64,000 bases of DNA, taken from NCBI GenBank assembly GCA_041178425.1, contig JBEGVH010000040.1:96001-160000 (forward strand), written 5' to 3'. Each line of letters starts with the position of its first letter. Position 1 is the first letter of the stretch. The translations under genes were made by a program, and so were the position numbers. Below are positions 8,486 to 17,795 of the stretch, piece by piece. Source of the DNA: Pseudomonadota bacterium (GTDB lineage Bacteria; Bdellovibrionota; Bdellovibrionia; Bdellovibrionales; Bdellovibrionaceae). The notes under the pieces are model-generated. The model was given only the letters and a program-made list of their open reading frames with translations. It did no database searches and was not told the origin of the DNA.

Positions 8486-10366
8486 ATGAGCATTGAATTA
8501 TTGCCCTCAGACGTTGTTGATCAAATTGCTGCTGGAGAAGTGGTTGAGCGTCCAGCTCACATGGTAAAAGAAATTCTCGAAAATAGCCTTGATGCCGGAG
8601 CCACGGAGGTAGCCGTTGAGTTCGCCCAAGGGGGGCGATTCGTTAAGGTCACTGATAATGGATCTGGAATTGCTATAGAGGATTTGCCCAAGGCTTTTAT
8701 GCGATTCGCGACGAGTAAAATTCGCGAATCCGAAGATCTATGGCGACTCGCTAGTTTTGGATTTCGGGGAGAAGCACTGGCTTCTATTGCGTCTGTGAGC
8801 AAGGTGACTCTTTTTTCTTCGAACAATAATTCCGGACAAGGCTATCGACTCACCAATCACTTCGGCAAGCTGTCTGTGGTTGAACCGGTGAGTCGTTCAC
8901 GAGGTTGTACTGTGCTCATTGAGGAGCTCTTTCAAAATGTGCCTGCGCGATTAAAATTTATGAAAGGGGATGCCGCCGAATCCGGTCAAATAAAGCAAGT
9001 CATCAAGGCTCTCGCCATGGCGAATCCGTCGGTGGAATTCCGAGTCACACAAGATGGCAAGTTACTTTACTATTGGCCTGCAACCAATGATCACAAGAGT
9101 CGTATTGAGTCTGTTCTCGAAATAAAGCCCCTGTATGAGGGAATCGCTGTTCGAGGGCGCGTCACTGCAAGGGCTTTTTTTAGTGATCCTCATCAAGTAA
9201 GTCGAGTCTCGAAGAGTCTTTGGTTCTTTGCGCAAAACAGATATGTGCAAGATCGTTCACTTCAGGCCGCTGTGATGGAAGCCTATCGTCACTTATTGAT
9301 GCACGGAGAGTATCCGTACGCTGTTTGTTTTTTGGAGACCGACCCCTCCGAAATCGATGTGAATATTCATCCTACTAAGTCGCAAGTAAAATTTGTTAAT
9401 GCTCAGGAGGCCTTTAGAGCGGTTCAAGCCTCTATTCGCGACGTGCTAGCCACGGCTCCGTGGTTGCAACAAAATCCTGAAACCTCTATTGGGGTGGCTT
9501 ACAAAGAGGTTGCGAGCAAAATTGAAGGAAGGGCGGAAATCGTTGCCAAAAATTTAGAGTTCTCAGATACGGCCTTTCAAACGACTCAGTATCGCCAAAA
9601 GAGGGAAACGATCTCATCGACATCGGAGGCATCGTCGGTGCTTACTCTGAGCGATCTTGAGGCTCTGGGCTCATCGAGAGACTTCAGCTTTGTTGCAAAA
9701 GAACAAAAATCAAAAATCGCCGAGACAACGATTGTGGTCAATACGGGTTCTGAGGTGAGCAGAGTAACGCCCCTTGTGAGACACTGGAGCCTCTTGCAGG
9801 TGGTCGGGCAAGTAGGGCTCACCTATGTAGTTTGTCAGAGCGAAAAAGGATTAGTGCTAATTGATCAGCACGCAGCTCACGAGAGAGTGGCCTTTGAAAG
9901 ACTCATGAATGCTTGGCGTGGAGGGAAGATCGAGGTGCAAAACTTTTTGTTTCCTCTCTCCGTTGATTTAAGCGAAGAAAAAATGGAAGTTTTGCGTACA
10001 AGAATGTCAGAGTTTTCAAAACTTGGCATCGATCTCGAAGAGCTAGGGCCTTCCACTATGGGAATAAAGTCGGCACCGGCTCTTTTAAAAGATCGCGTTC
10101 TTGTCGAAGAAATGGAACGAATTGCAACGGCGATGCTCGAATGGGGTGATTCCGATTTGATGGAAAATGCTATCGGCGATGTCTGTGCGAGAATGGCCTG
10201 TCATTCGGTTCTGAGAGCTGGTCAGAGTTTATCAATGCCTGAAATGGTTCGATTGTTAGAAGAGATGGACGAACATCCGCTCTCTTCTTTTTGTCCGCAC
10301 GGTCGACCTGTCAGTGTGACTTACTCTTGGCCTGAGTTAGAAAAAGATTTTGGAAGAAGGGTTTAA
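8486..10366 (+). CDS. mutL: DNA mismatch repair endonuclease MutL
   Basis: IAAGEVVERP, GFRGEAL, DVNIHPTK, endonuclease motif DQHAAHER, ACH and CPHGRP. Confidence 0.98.
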   Translation: MSIELLPSDVVDQIAAGEVVERPAHMVKEILENSLDAGATEVAVEFAQGGRFVKVTDNGSGIAIEDLPKAFMRFATSKIRESEDLWRLASFGFRGEALASIASVSKVTLFSSNNNSGQGYRLTNHFGKLSVVEPVSRSRGCTVLIEELFQNVPARLKFMKGDAAESGQIKQVIKALAMANPSVEFRVTQDGKLLYYWPATNDHKSRIESVLEIKPLYEGIAVRGRVTARAFFSDPHQVSRVSKSLWFFAQNRYVQDRSLQAAVMEAYRHLLMHGEYPYAVCFLETDPSEIDVNIHPTKSQVKFVNAQEAFRAVQASIRDVLATAPWLQQNPETSIGVAYKEVASKIEGRAEIVAKNLEFSDTAFQTTQYRQKRETISSTSEASSVLTLSDLEALGSSRDFSFVAKEQKSKIAETTIVVNTGSEVSRVTPLVRHWSLLQVVGQVGLTYVVCQSEKGLVLIDQHAAHERVAFERLMNAWRGGKIEVQNFLFPLSVDLSEEKMEVLRTRMSEFSKLGIDLEELGPSTMGIKSAPALLKDRVLVEEMERIATAMLEWGDSDLMENAIGDVCARMACHSVLRAGQSLSMPEMVRLLEEMDEHPLSSFCPHGRPVSVTYSWPELEKDFGRRV

Positions 10367-10368
10367 CA

Positions 10369-11247
10369 ATGAAGGTGACCTTTGTTGTTGGAGCTACGGC
10401 TTCTGGTAAATCAGAATGGGCCATCAAGAGAGCAGAAGCCTGTGGCGGTGTTATCGTGAATTGTGACAGCGTGCAAATTTACACTCACGTGCAAATTGGT
10501 GCGGCTAAACCCACGGCCAGCGATAGGCATCGCTGTGCTCATTATCTTTTTGATTTTGTTCAGCCCCCGAATGAATACACGGCCGGAGATTATCAGCGCG
10601 ATTTTTTTGCATTAATGCCCCAGCTAGAAAAGCAGGGGGCGGATCAGGTCTTCGTGGTTGGTGGTACAGGCTTTTATTTTCAAGCGCTCGAAAAAGGAAT
10701 GTACTCGGTAGACAAGGCCCCTGAGGAATTGGCGCAGGAGTTGCGCGAAAAAGCCGGCACCTCGGATGGGCTATCCGAACTCTACCAAGAATTGCAGAGC
10801 TTTGATCCTGCAAGTTCCGAAAAAATCCATGCCAATGATCAGTATAGAATTGTGAGAGCGCTCGAAATCATCCGCACAACAGGGCGTAAACCGAGCGATC
10901 TAAAAAAAGAGAAAGCAGCACAGGTCTCGAGTTTTCCCTATGCGCTTGAAAAAGTAGGAATTCATTGGGAAAGAGGGGAACTGCACCAGCGTATTCATCG
11001 AAGAGTAAAGACTATGCTGGAGGAAGGCCTCATTGAAGAAGTGAAAGAGCTCAATAAATTGGGTTTATCAACCTGGGCACCAATGAGTAGCGTCGGTTAT
11101 AAAGAAGTACAGAGCTTCTTAAAGGGTGAAATAAAAACCATGGCCTCTTTGGAGGAAAGTATTCTTATCAGCACAAGACAGCTCGCTAAACGCCAAATCA
11201 CTTGGTTTAGAAGAGATCCTCAAATTCAGTGGATCACTGTCTCATAG
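10369..11247 (+). CDS. miaA: tRNA dimethylallyltransferase
   Basis: GATASGKS, DSVQIY, VGGTGFY, RALEI, TRQLAKRQITWFR; conserved position after mutL. Confidence 0.97.
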   Translation: MKVTFVVGATASGKSEWAIKRAEACGGVIVNCDSVQIYTHVQIGAAKPTASDRHRCAHYLFDFVQPPNEYTAGDYQRDFFALMPQLEKQGADQVFVVGGTGFYFQALEKGMYSVDKAPEELAQELREKAGTSDGLSELYQELQSFDPASSEKIHANDQYRIVRALEIIRTTGRKPSDLKKEKAAQVSSFPYALEKVGIHWERGELHQRIHRRVKTMLEEGLIEEVKELNKLGLSTWAPMSSVGYKEVQSFLKGEIKTMASLEESILISTRQLAKRQITWFRRDPQIQWITVS

Positions 11248-11433
11248 AACGCCTCAGAGTGAGACGAGGAGAAGGCCTCTGTTTGAAAGATGACCACCTC
11301 AGAAGCGATATAAATCATAATACAGCTCCAGCTCGTTGACCTTTTAGACAGTTGTAAAACAGTGGAATCAAACTTTTGTTTTCGTAGCGAAGGTTCACAA
11401 AATCCCCTATCCTAATAGAAACCGGGGGACACC

Positions 11434-11910
11434 ATGCAAAAGGTTAAATTAGCCAGTATCGGTACATCCTTAATGTTACTTTTATTGAGCTTTCAAAATT
11501 GCTCTAATCGCAACTTTCAAAGCGGCAATTTTTCCACTCCTGAAAAGCGCAAGGAGTCCCTTAAATCGATTGAAACGCTCGATCAACAGATTGGTCGCCT
11601 CATCGCTGATAAGAGTTGTAAGGTGAACGATGATTGTGAGGCCTTTGGGTACGGCGCCAAGGCCTGTGGTGGTCCAGAGAAGTATCTTGTTTACTCGACG
11701 TATACGACGGATCCACAAGAGCTCGGTCCGCTTGTTCAGCAATTTAATCAGCTCTCGAACGAAAAAAATCTGTCTTCGGGCGCCGTGAGTACCTGCGAGT
11801 ACAGAGAAATGCCGCCCGTTGCCTGCATCTCTAATCAATGCTCAGAGAATCTTCCTGTGAGCATCAATAAAACAGCGGCCTTGCCGGGAGAAGACTCTTC
11901 GGTCCATTAA
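11434..11910 (+). CDS. Cys-rich lipoprotein
   Basis: LSFQNC lipobox; C..DDC...YGAKACGGP..Y domain with 6 further Cys. Confidence 0.8.
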   Translation: MQKVKLASIGTSLMLLLLSFQNCSNRNFQSGNFSTPEKRKESLKSIETLDQQIGRLIADKSCKVNDDCEAFGYGAKACGGPEKYLVYSTYTTDPQELGPLVQQFNQLSNEKNLSSGAVSTCEYREMPPVACISNQCSENLPVSINKTAALPGEDSSVH

Positions 11911-12932
11911 GTGGTGCTAGTTCTTTCTTGTAATGAAGAATAGAGTGAAAGCCCAATAAAAGCAGCCCCGATAATTCCTGTAACCACTTCTGGAATGGGA
12001 ACAACCGTGTTTAAAAACATAATAACGGCCAATGCAAGAATGGCGTAAAAAGCCCCATGCTCGAGATATCTAAACTCTGTCAGTGTGTCTTTTTCAACAA
12101 AAAGGATCGTTAGGCTTCGCACAAACATAGCGCCAATGCCCAGACCAATCGCGATGATAAAGAGATTGTTTGATATGGCAAAGGAGCCAATCACGCCGTC
12201 AAAACTAAACGAAGCGTCTAAGACTTCGAGGTAGAGAAACATCATCGCACTCGCGCGATGCACGTTTTGCTCGGCATCTTCGGAGAGACTCAGAAAGGCA
12301 CCAATACCATCGACACCGATATAGGTAATCACACCAAAGAGCCCTGCCAGAAGAAACGACATCTTTTCATGCTCGGGGATCCATCGAGCCATGAGCGCGA
12401 GACCTAATGTTACGAGGGCTATCTCAATGGATTCCATTTTTCCCAATTTTGATAACGGCCGTTCGATTAACCGAATCCAATGGACTTCTTTTGAGGTATC
12501 AAAAAAGTATTTTAAGGCGACCATCATGAGAAAGGCTCCACCGAAGGCCGACACTGGTACGTGCGCCGTCAGCATCGTTTTGGAGTATTCATCGGGGCTC
12601 AGGGCTGCCAGTTTGAGGGCTTCCCAAGGACTAATCGATGTTGCCACGCTCACGACGATGAGTGGAAAAACAAGTCGCATTCCAAAGACGGCAATAAGCA
12701 TTCCCCAGGTAATAAATCGGTGTTGCCAGAGGGGGGTCATCTTCTTTAGAACGGTAGCATTGACAACGGCATTATCAAAAGAAATCGAGACCTCGAGGAT
12801 CGAAAGAACAAAAGCCAAAAAAAGCGCTTCGAGAGCTCCTTGTGTTGAGTGCTGATACTCCCAGCCTACAAAGGCGGCGAGTGCTAAACCAATCACTGTA
12901 ACCCAAATCGAACTATTGAAATAGCGAATCAT
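11907..12932 (-). CDS. DUF475 / TerC-superfamily membrane protein
   Basis: LEVSISFDNAVVNA, GMLIAVFGMR, LEVLDASFSFDGVIG, YLEHGAFYAI. Confidence 0.9.
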   Translation of the reverse strand: MIRYFNSSIWVTVIGLALAAFVGWEYQHSTQGALEALFLAFVLSILEVSISFDNAVVNATVLKKMTPLWQHRFITWGMLIAVFGMRLVFPLIVVSVATSISPWEALKLAALSPDEYSKTMLTAHVPVSAFGGAFLMMVALKYFFDTSKEVHWIRLIERPLSKLGKMESIEIALVTLGLALMARWIPEHEKMSFLLAGLFGVITYIGVDGIGAFLSLSEDAEQNVHRASAMMFLYLEVLDASFSFDGVIGSFAISNNLFIIAIGLGIGAMFVRSLTILFVEKDTLTEFRYLEHGAFYAILALAVIMFLNTVVPIPEVVTGIIGAAFIGLSLYSSLQERTSTT

Positions 12933-14821
12933 TAAACGATAACCTCACTTTTATGGTGATCAATAAATTGAGGAAGCACTTCGTTGGGTGTTCCTAACAT
13001 TTTAATCTCACCGTTGTGGAGCCAAAGAATTCTGTCACAATGTTCCAGAGTTGATAGTCGATGTGCAATGATCAATTGCGTGCGTTGTGCAAAAAACTTT
13101 TCAGTGGCAGTGAGCATAATTTGCTCACTTTGTGGATCGACCGCAGAGGTGGCTTCGTCCATAACGATAATGGGAGCGTTTTGAACCAAGCTTCGTGCCA
13201 TGCAGATAAGCTGCCTCTCACCTTGGCTGAGATTTTTACCCCGCTCTTCAATTCGATAGTCTAAGCCATCGGGTAGAGCTGAATACCACGGCATTAGCCC
13301 GACCGATTCGATAGGAGAGAGGAGTGTCTGATCAGAAGGAGATCCTTGCATTTGCAGGTTCTCCCTCAATGAACCTCTAAATAAAACTGGATCTTGGGGG
13401 ATCAAGGTGATGAGTTGTCGATAGTCAGTCAAATTGAGTTGATTAGGTTTGGGGGGCGAAGAGGCGTCGAGATAAGGACTCTGGCCATCAATTGAAATTG
13501 AGCCCTCTGTTAACGGGTAAAGATAAAAGAGGATCTGAATGAGGCTAGACTTTCCACTTCCTGTTTTGCCTACAATACCGAGTCGTTCTCCCGCACGAAC
13601 GGAGAGATTAATGTTTTTCAACACCCAAGGGAGGTCATCTCGATAACGAAAAGAAACATTTTTAAATTCAATTGTTGCTGAGGCCTTGCTTGAGGTGCTT
13701 TCGTCATTTCGGCAGGGAGGTGGACTTTTTGCGCTCCAGTGCGGGGTTGGAAAATCAGCTGAGGCGGGTAGCCGCTCGCCGATCTCAATCGGAAGATGTA
13801 AATATTGATCGAGTCTTTCTGCGCCCACGAGAGCCTCATCGAGTTGGGCCAACCATTCAAAAAAAGTCTGAACGCTATTTCCTGATAAGGTAATAAAAGT
13901 GAAGGCAACACCAATGTCACCCACACTCACTAATTGATGTTGCAGAAGCTCAAATGAAGTCCATCCCGTGATCAAAAGAAGCAATGCCGTGAGGGAGTTG
14001 ATTTGAAGTGAGAAAAAAGTCAGTTTCTTGAAAGTTTTCATCCTCTGATCAAGAAACAAATCGTTGAGGTGTTGAAACTTTTGCATAAACACAGACTGAC
14101 GGAGGTAGGTTCGGATCGTTGAGGCTCCTTGGGCGGTTTCTGCAAAATGCGCAATCGAGGGCGCTCGATTGAGAGAGAGCTCTCTTCGCTCCTTTCTCAT
14201 TCCCTCGCGATGAGAGCGATACACAAAAAAATTGCAGGCGATGATAGCGATAACGAGAAAAAGGTAATAAGGGCTAGCCACCGTGATTAAGACGACCATG
14301 ACAATAAGATCAAAAATAATCGCAATAAATTCTGCGAGTGGGCCTCCGAAGAGTCTGAACACGTTGCCGTAGTCACTTGAAAAGCGAGTGATAATGCGAC
14401 CGGCAGGTGTGGTGTCAAAAAAGGAAAGTGGAAAACGTGAGGTGCGATAGGTCACCTCATCATAGAGGCGACTAATGGCCACGGCCGAGTACCGACTAAA
14501 GCCAATCCGAAAGAGAAGCGTGAGAAAAAAACCAAACAAGCAAAGGTAAAGAATATTTTCGATATAGTCACTCGGGTTCCAGTTTTGTAACCAAGCCGGA
14601 AGTGGGCGACAGTGATCCATTTTACAAAAAGAATCGACCCAGTACCCAAAGAGGTTTGTATTGAGCAGCAGACTGAGGCGACCTAAGAAACCTAAAAGGA
14701 AAAGCCCGTAAAGGGGGGTGAGAACGGGTTGATAGGCGAGCCGAAGAGTTTTAAAGAGGCTTCGTTGGTAAGTTCCCTGAAAACGGGTTTCTTCTTGTTG
14801 AAAATTAATTTTCGACTTCAT
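12932..14821 (-). CDS. ABC exporter half (TMD+NBD), resembling the ABCC/MRP C-terminal half
   Basis: FFDTTPAGRIITRFSSD; Walker A GKTGSGKS; IPQDPVLFRG; degenerate signature LSQGERQ; DEATSAVD; IAHRL. Confidence 0.9.
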   Translation of the reverse strand: MKSKINFQQEETRFQGTYQRSLFKTLRLAYQPVLTPLYGLFLLGFLGRLSLLLNTNLFGYWVDSFCKMDHCRPLPAWLQNWNPSDYIENILYLCLFGFFLTLLFRIGFSRYSAVAISRLYDEVTYRTSRFPLSFFDTTPAGRIITRFSSDYGNVFRLFGGPLAEFIAIIFDLIVMVVLITVASPYYLFLVIAIIACNFFVYRSHREGMRKERRELSLNRAPSIAHFAETAQGASTIRTYLRQSVFMQKFQHLNDLFLDQRMKTFKKLTFFSLQINSLTALLLLITGWTSFELLQHQLVSVGDIGVAFTFITLSGNSVQTFFEWLAQLDEALVGAERLDQYLHLPIEIGERLPASADFPTPHWSAKSPPPCRNDESTSSKASATIEFKNVSFRYRDDLPWVLKNINLSVRAGERLGIVGKTGSGKSSLIQILFYLYPLTEGSISIDGQSPYLDASSPPKPNQLNLTDYRQLITLIPQDPVLFRGSLRENLQMQGSPSDQTLLSPIESVGLMPWYSALPDGLDYRIEERGKNLSQGERQLICMARSLVQNAPIIVMDEATSAVDPQSEQIMLTATEKFFAQRTQLIIAHRLSTLEHCDRILWLHNGEIKMLGTPNEVLPQFIDHHKSEVIV

Positions 14822-16589
14822 TTATTTTCTCTGTTTCCAAGGTCTTTATAAATTGCCGAAAGGGTTCTGAGGTCTTTATGAGCTCAGCTAGAGTTCCTTG
14901 TTCGCGTAGGGCTCCATTTTCGATAAAGAGGATTCTATCTACCTCTTTAAGGACCGATAATCGATGAGTGGCGAGAATTCTGGTTTTACTGACCCATCGC
15001 CCCTTTAGGAGAGATCGAATCATTGCCTGCTCCGTATTTATATCGAGGGCACTCAAGGAATCATCCATTAAAACCACCGGGCAATCATAAAAATCGGCCC
15101 TAGCGAGGTTGACTCTTTGTTTTTGCCCTCCAGACAAATTGACCCCTCTTTCTCCGATTTCTGTTTCTAGTTGCTCAGGAAGATTTTCGCCATCGATTCG
15201 AAATTGAGCCAGCTGAAGGCATTGAGTAACTCGGGCATCTAATTTGTTCGTGACTTGATAGTCGAAGGCAATGTTGTCGCGGAGGTTAGCACTCATTACA
15301 AAGCCCTCCTGCGGAACGTAGGCAAAATGCCGACACAACTGCTCTTGAGAGCAAGAAAGAACACTTTCGCCATTGATACGATAGGTGGCAAATTGAGCGC
15401 CTGTCTCACCTATAAGAGAAAGAAGGAGAAGAGATTTTCCGGAGCCAACCTCTCCCACAATGGCAACAAACTCTCCTGAATCGATTGAAAAACTAATATC
15501 TTTTAATAGGTTGGTACCATTGAGGCTTAGATTCAGATGAGCGATGTCAATGCTAGGGCCTGAGGTTTCCATTCGAGATATATTTCGGTCTTCGGTGGCG
15601 GGCCAATCTCTCCCCTGATTTTGGAGGCTCAAAAAAGCTGAAATTCTCTTGAGGGAGGTCCATCCATCAAATCCAAAAGTGAAGAACCAGGGTAGCTGGC
15701 GAAAAGGGCGGGTTAAGAAGATTCCCAGTATCCATAGTAAACTGAGGAGCTCTCCTGGCGTAACGGCTCCTTCTCTCTCATGTACGAGTATATAAACTGC
15801 GACTATATTGATGACAAAGGTAACGGTCGAAGAAACAGAATTCATTGTTTGGCCGTTGGTCACCATGGCAATTCGATTATTTGTTTCAGTCACTCGCATG
15901 GACTGAATTTTTTTTTCATAGGCTTCGACCCAACCCAAAATTTTAAGGGCCTTTATATTTAGAATCCATTCATTGACCAGTCCAATTCTCTCAGAGGCCA
16001 GTTGCTTAAAGCGAGTGAAGAAAACGGCCTGTCTCATCGCCAAAAAACTATTAATCGCAATCACAACGGCCATCACAAATAAAATTTTGGACAGCGGTAG
16101 ATGAAAGAGCCACTGAAGGCCGAGGGGAGCTAACAAGAGTGGAAATAATGTGGCCGCTCCGGTGGGCAACGATTGCTCAATAAAAATGGTTGCACCCATC
16201 ACGTCGGTGGCATAGAGCGCGACGATCTCACCAACCGTTTTTCCTTGGAGGCTGTCAGGTCGGAGGTTCAGAGTTTTTTGGTATATTTGCTCCCCCAATC
16301 TTTTCTGCAGAACAACAGCTTCTCTCATTCCGATGTAGTTGGCCGCGAAGCCAAAGAGCTGACTGAGCAGCATACAAAAAAAAGCCACAAAAACGAGGCT
16401 AAGAGGAGAGAGACTATTTTCGAAATCGAAAAAAGTGGCAGATGGTACGGAGAGGAGTCCGTCAATGAAATGTTTCTGAAAATAGGGGCCTAAAATACCC
16501 GTGAGGGCTCCCAAGAAGCTGAGAAAAATGATCAAAGCTCTCCAAGGCCATCGGTGCAAAAAGATTAAACGAAACAAGTGTAACGTCAT
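14805..16589 (-). CDS. ABC exporter half (TMD+NBD), resembling the ABCC/MRP N-terminal half
   Basis: Walker A GEVGSGKS; EIGERGVNLSGGQKQR; Walker B VLMDD (no catalytic Glu); ATH. Confidence 0.9.
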   Translation of the reverse strand: MTLHLFRLIFLHRWPWRALIIFLSFLGALTGILGPYFQKHFIDGLLSVPSATFFDFENSLSPLSLVFVAFFCMLLSQLFGFAANYIGMREAVVLQKRLGEQIYQKTLNLRPDSLQGKTVGEIVALYATDVMGATIFIEQSLPTGAATLFPLLLAPLGLQWLFHLPLSKILFVMAVVIAINSFLAMRQAVFFTRFKQLASERIGLVNEWILNIKALKILGWVEAYEKKIQSMRVTETNNRIAMVTNGQTMNSVSSTVTFVINIVAVYILVHEREGAVTPGELLSLLWILGIFLTRPFRQLPWFFTFGFDGWTSLKRISAFLSLQNQGRDWPATEDRNISRMETSGPSIDIAHLNLSLNGTNLLKDISFSIDSGEFVAIVGEVGSGKSLLLLSLIGETGAQFATYRINGESVLSCSQEQLCRHFAYVPQEGFVMSANLRDNIAFDYQVTNKLDARVTQCLQLAQFRIDGENLPEQLETEIGERGVNLSGGQKQRVNLARADFYDCPVVLMDDSLSALDINTEQAMIRSLLKGRWVSKTRILATHRLSVLKEVDRILFIENGALREQGTLAELIKTSEPFRQFIKTLETEKINEVEN

Positions 16590-16594
16590 ACCTG

Positions 16595-16623
16595 ACTTTA
16601 GCCAACAGACCAGAGGGTGTCAA
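16595..16623 (-). promoter_or_regulatory. sigma70-like promoter, probably giving a leaderless mRNA
   Basis: Minus strand TTGACA-17 bp-TAAAGT-caggt-ATG(16589); no SD. Confidence 0.6.
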
Positions 16624-16766
16624 AGGAGGCTTCAATGTTTTGGAGGGAGAAGATAATGGCGACTCTGAGTCCTGAGTGTCCTCGAACTATTTGCCCTTTG
16701 GATGAAAAAACGTCACTCTTGAAAGGAGAAGCTATTCAGGCTGTATTTTGAGGTGGGACTGCACTT

Positions 16767-17675
16767 ATGGCATATCAGTTTTTGGCTGGTGACCGGCACG
16801 AAGGTTACTCTAGCAGTATTGTTAAAAAGCTCATGGTTTTTCCGCAAGGCAAAGTAACTCATGTAAAAGAGTTTATAGACGTCTTTAGAAAGGCTCGCGC
16901 GCAGAGTTTCGATGGTATTTTTCTGACAGAAGACATCGGAACAATGAATTTGGGTAAATTGGTTACGGCTTTGCGAGATATCGAAATTAATCGAAGAACT
17001 CCTATTTTTATTTTAAGTTCCAATCCAGCTCAATACGGTGATTTGGCTCGTGAATTTGAACATGTTATGGCCATTCACGTCGAAACGGGAATCAGCGACG
17101 CGATTCAGTGGATTGAAAATTGGTTGTTAAGGGGCCAAGGACAAGAAGATCAAGAGACTCATCCACCAGTTAAAATTGATATGAGAATTGTAAAACAATT
17201 GATTGACGCCACCAAATATTCGATTGAAATTTTCTCGGGCGTTTCTTCTGTGCGATCGATGCCTACTGAAAACTTCTACAAAAGCACCCGATACATCGAC
17301 CATGTTTCTGTGGCGGGAGTGACGGCCATTTTGTCGACGGTTTTTGCTGGGAGTATATTGATTGCCTTTCCCACGGACACATTATTAAGAATCGTTAGTG
17401 GAGCTCTTGGGGAGACGTGTTCGACATTCACCGACGAAGTCAAATCAACAACCGGTGAACTCATCAATATCATTTATAGCCAGGCAAAACGGACCCTCGT
17501 CGAAGATATGAACATGGACTTCATGAAATCGAGACCTTTTGTGATCGATGAACAATCCAGAATCCGAAGCTACCATGGCTCAGCCTCTTATATTGTTCCT
17601 TTTGAAAGCGAAGCTGGTCGATTTTTTCTTATTGTTGCCTTTGAGTCGATTCGTTCTTCAGCAACGGCCGAATAA
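16767..17675 (+). CDS. CheX-domain phosphatase with degenerate N-terminal receiver-like domain
   Basis: GELINIIYSQAK (ExxN), VPFESEAGRF; N-terminus FDGIFLTE...TPIFILSS is receiver-like; SD GAGGTG. Confidence 0.75.
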   Translation: MAYQFLAGDRHEGYSSSIVKKLMVFPQGKVTHVKEFIDVFRKARAQSFDGIFLTEDIGTMNLGKLVTALRDIEINRRTPIFILSSNPAQYGDLAREFEHVMAIHVETGISDAIQWIENWLLRGQGQEDQETHPPVKIDMRIVKQLIDATKYSIEIFSGVSSVRSMPTENFYKSTRYIDHVSVAGVTAILSTVFAGSILIAFPTDTLLRIVSGALGETCSTFTDEVKSTTGELINIIYSQAKRTLVEDMNMDFMKSRPFVIDEQSRIRSYHGSASYIVPFESEAGRFFLIVAFESIRSSATAE

Positions 17676-17795
17676 GCTTGAGGTCCATGCTAAAGTCCAT
17701 CCCAACTACATTGGTCTAGAACCTTTTAGCCTCTCTCCAGACTTTTTGAGGGGCGAGGTCGCTTGTGCTAGTGTGATGGAAAGAGGAGATCTGAC

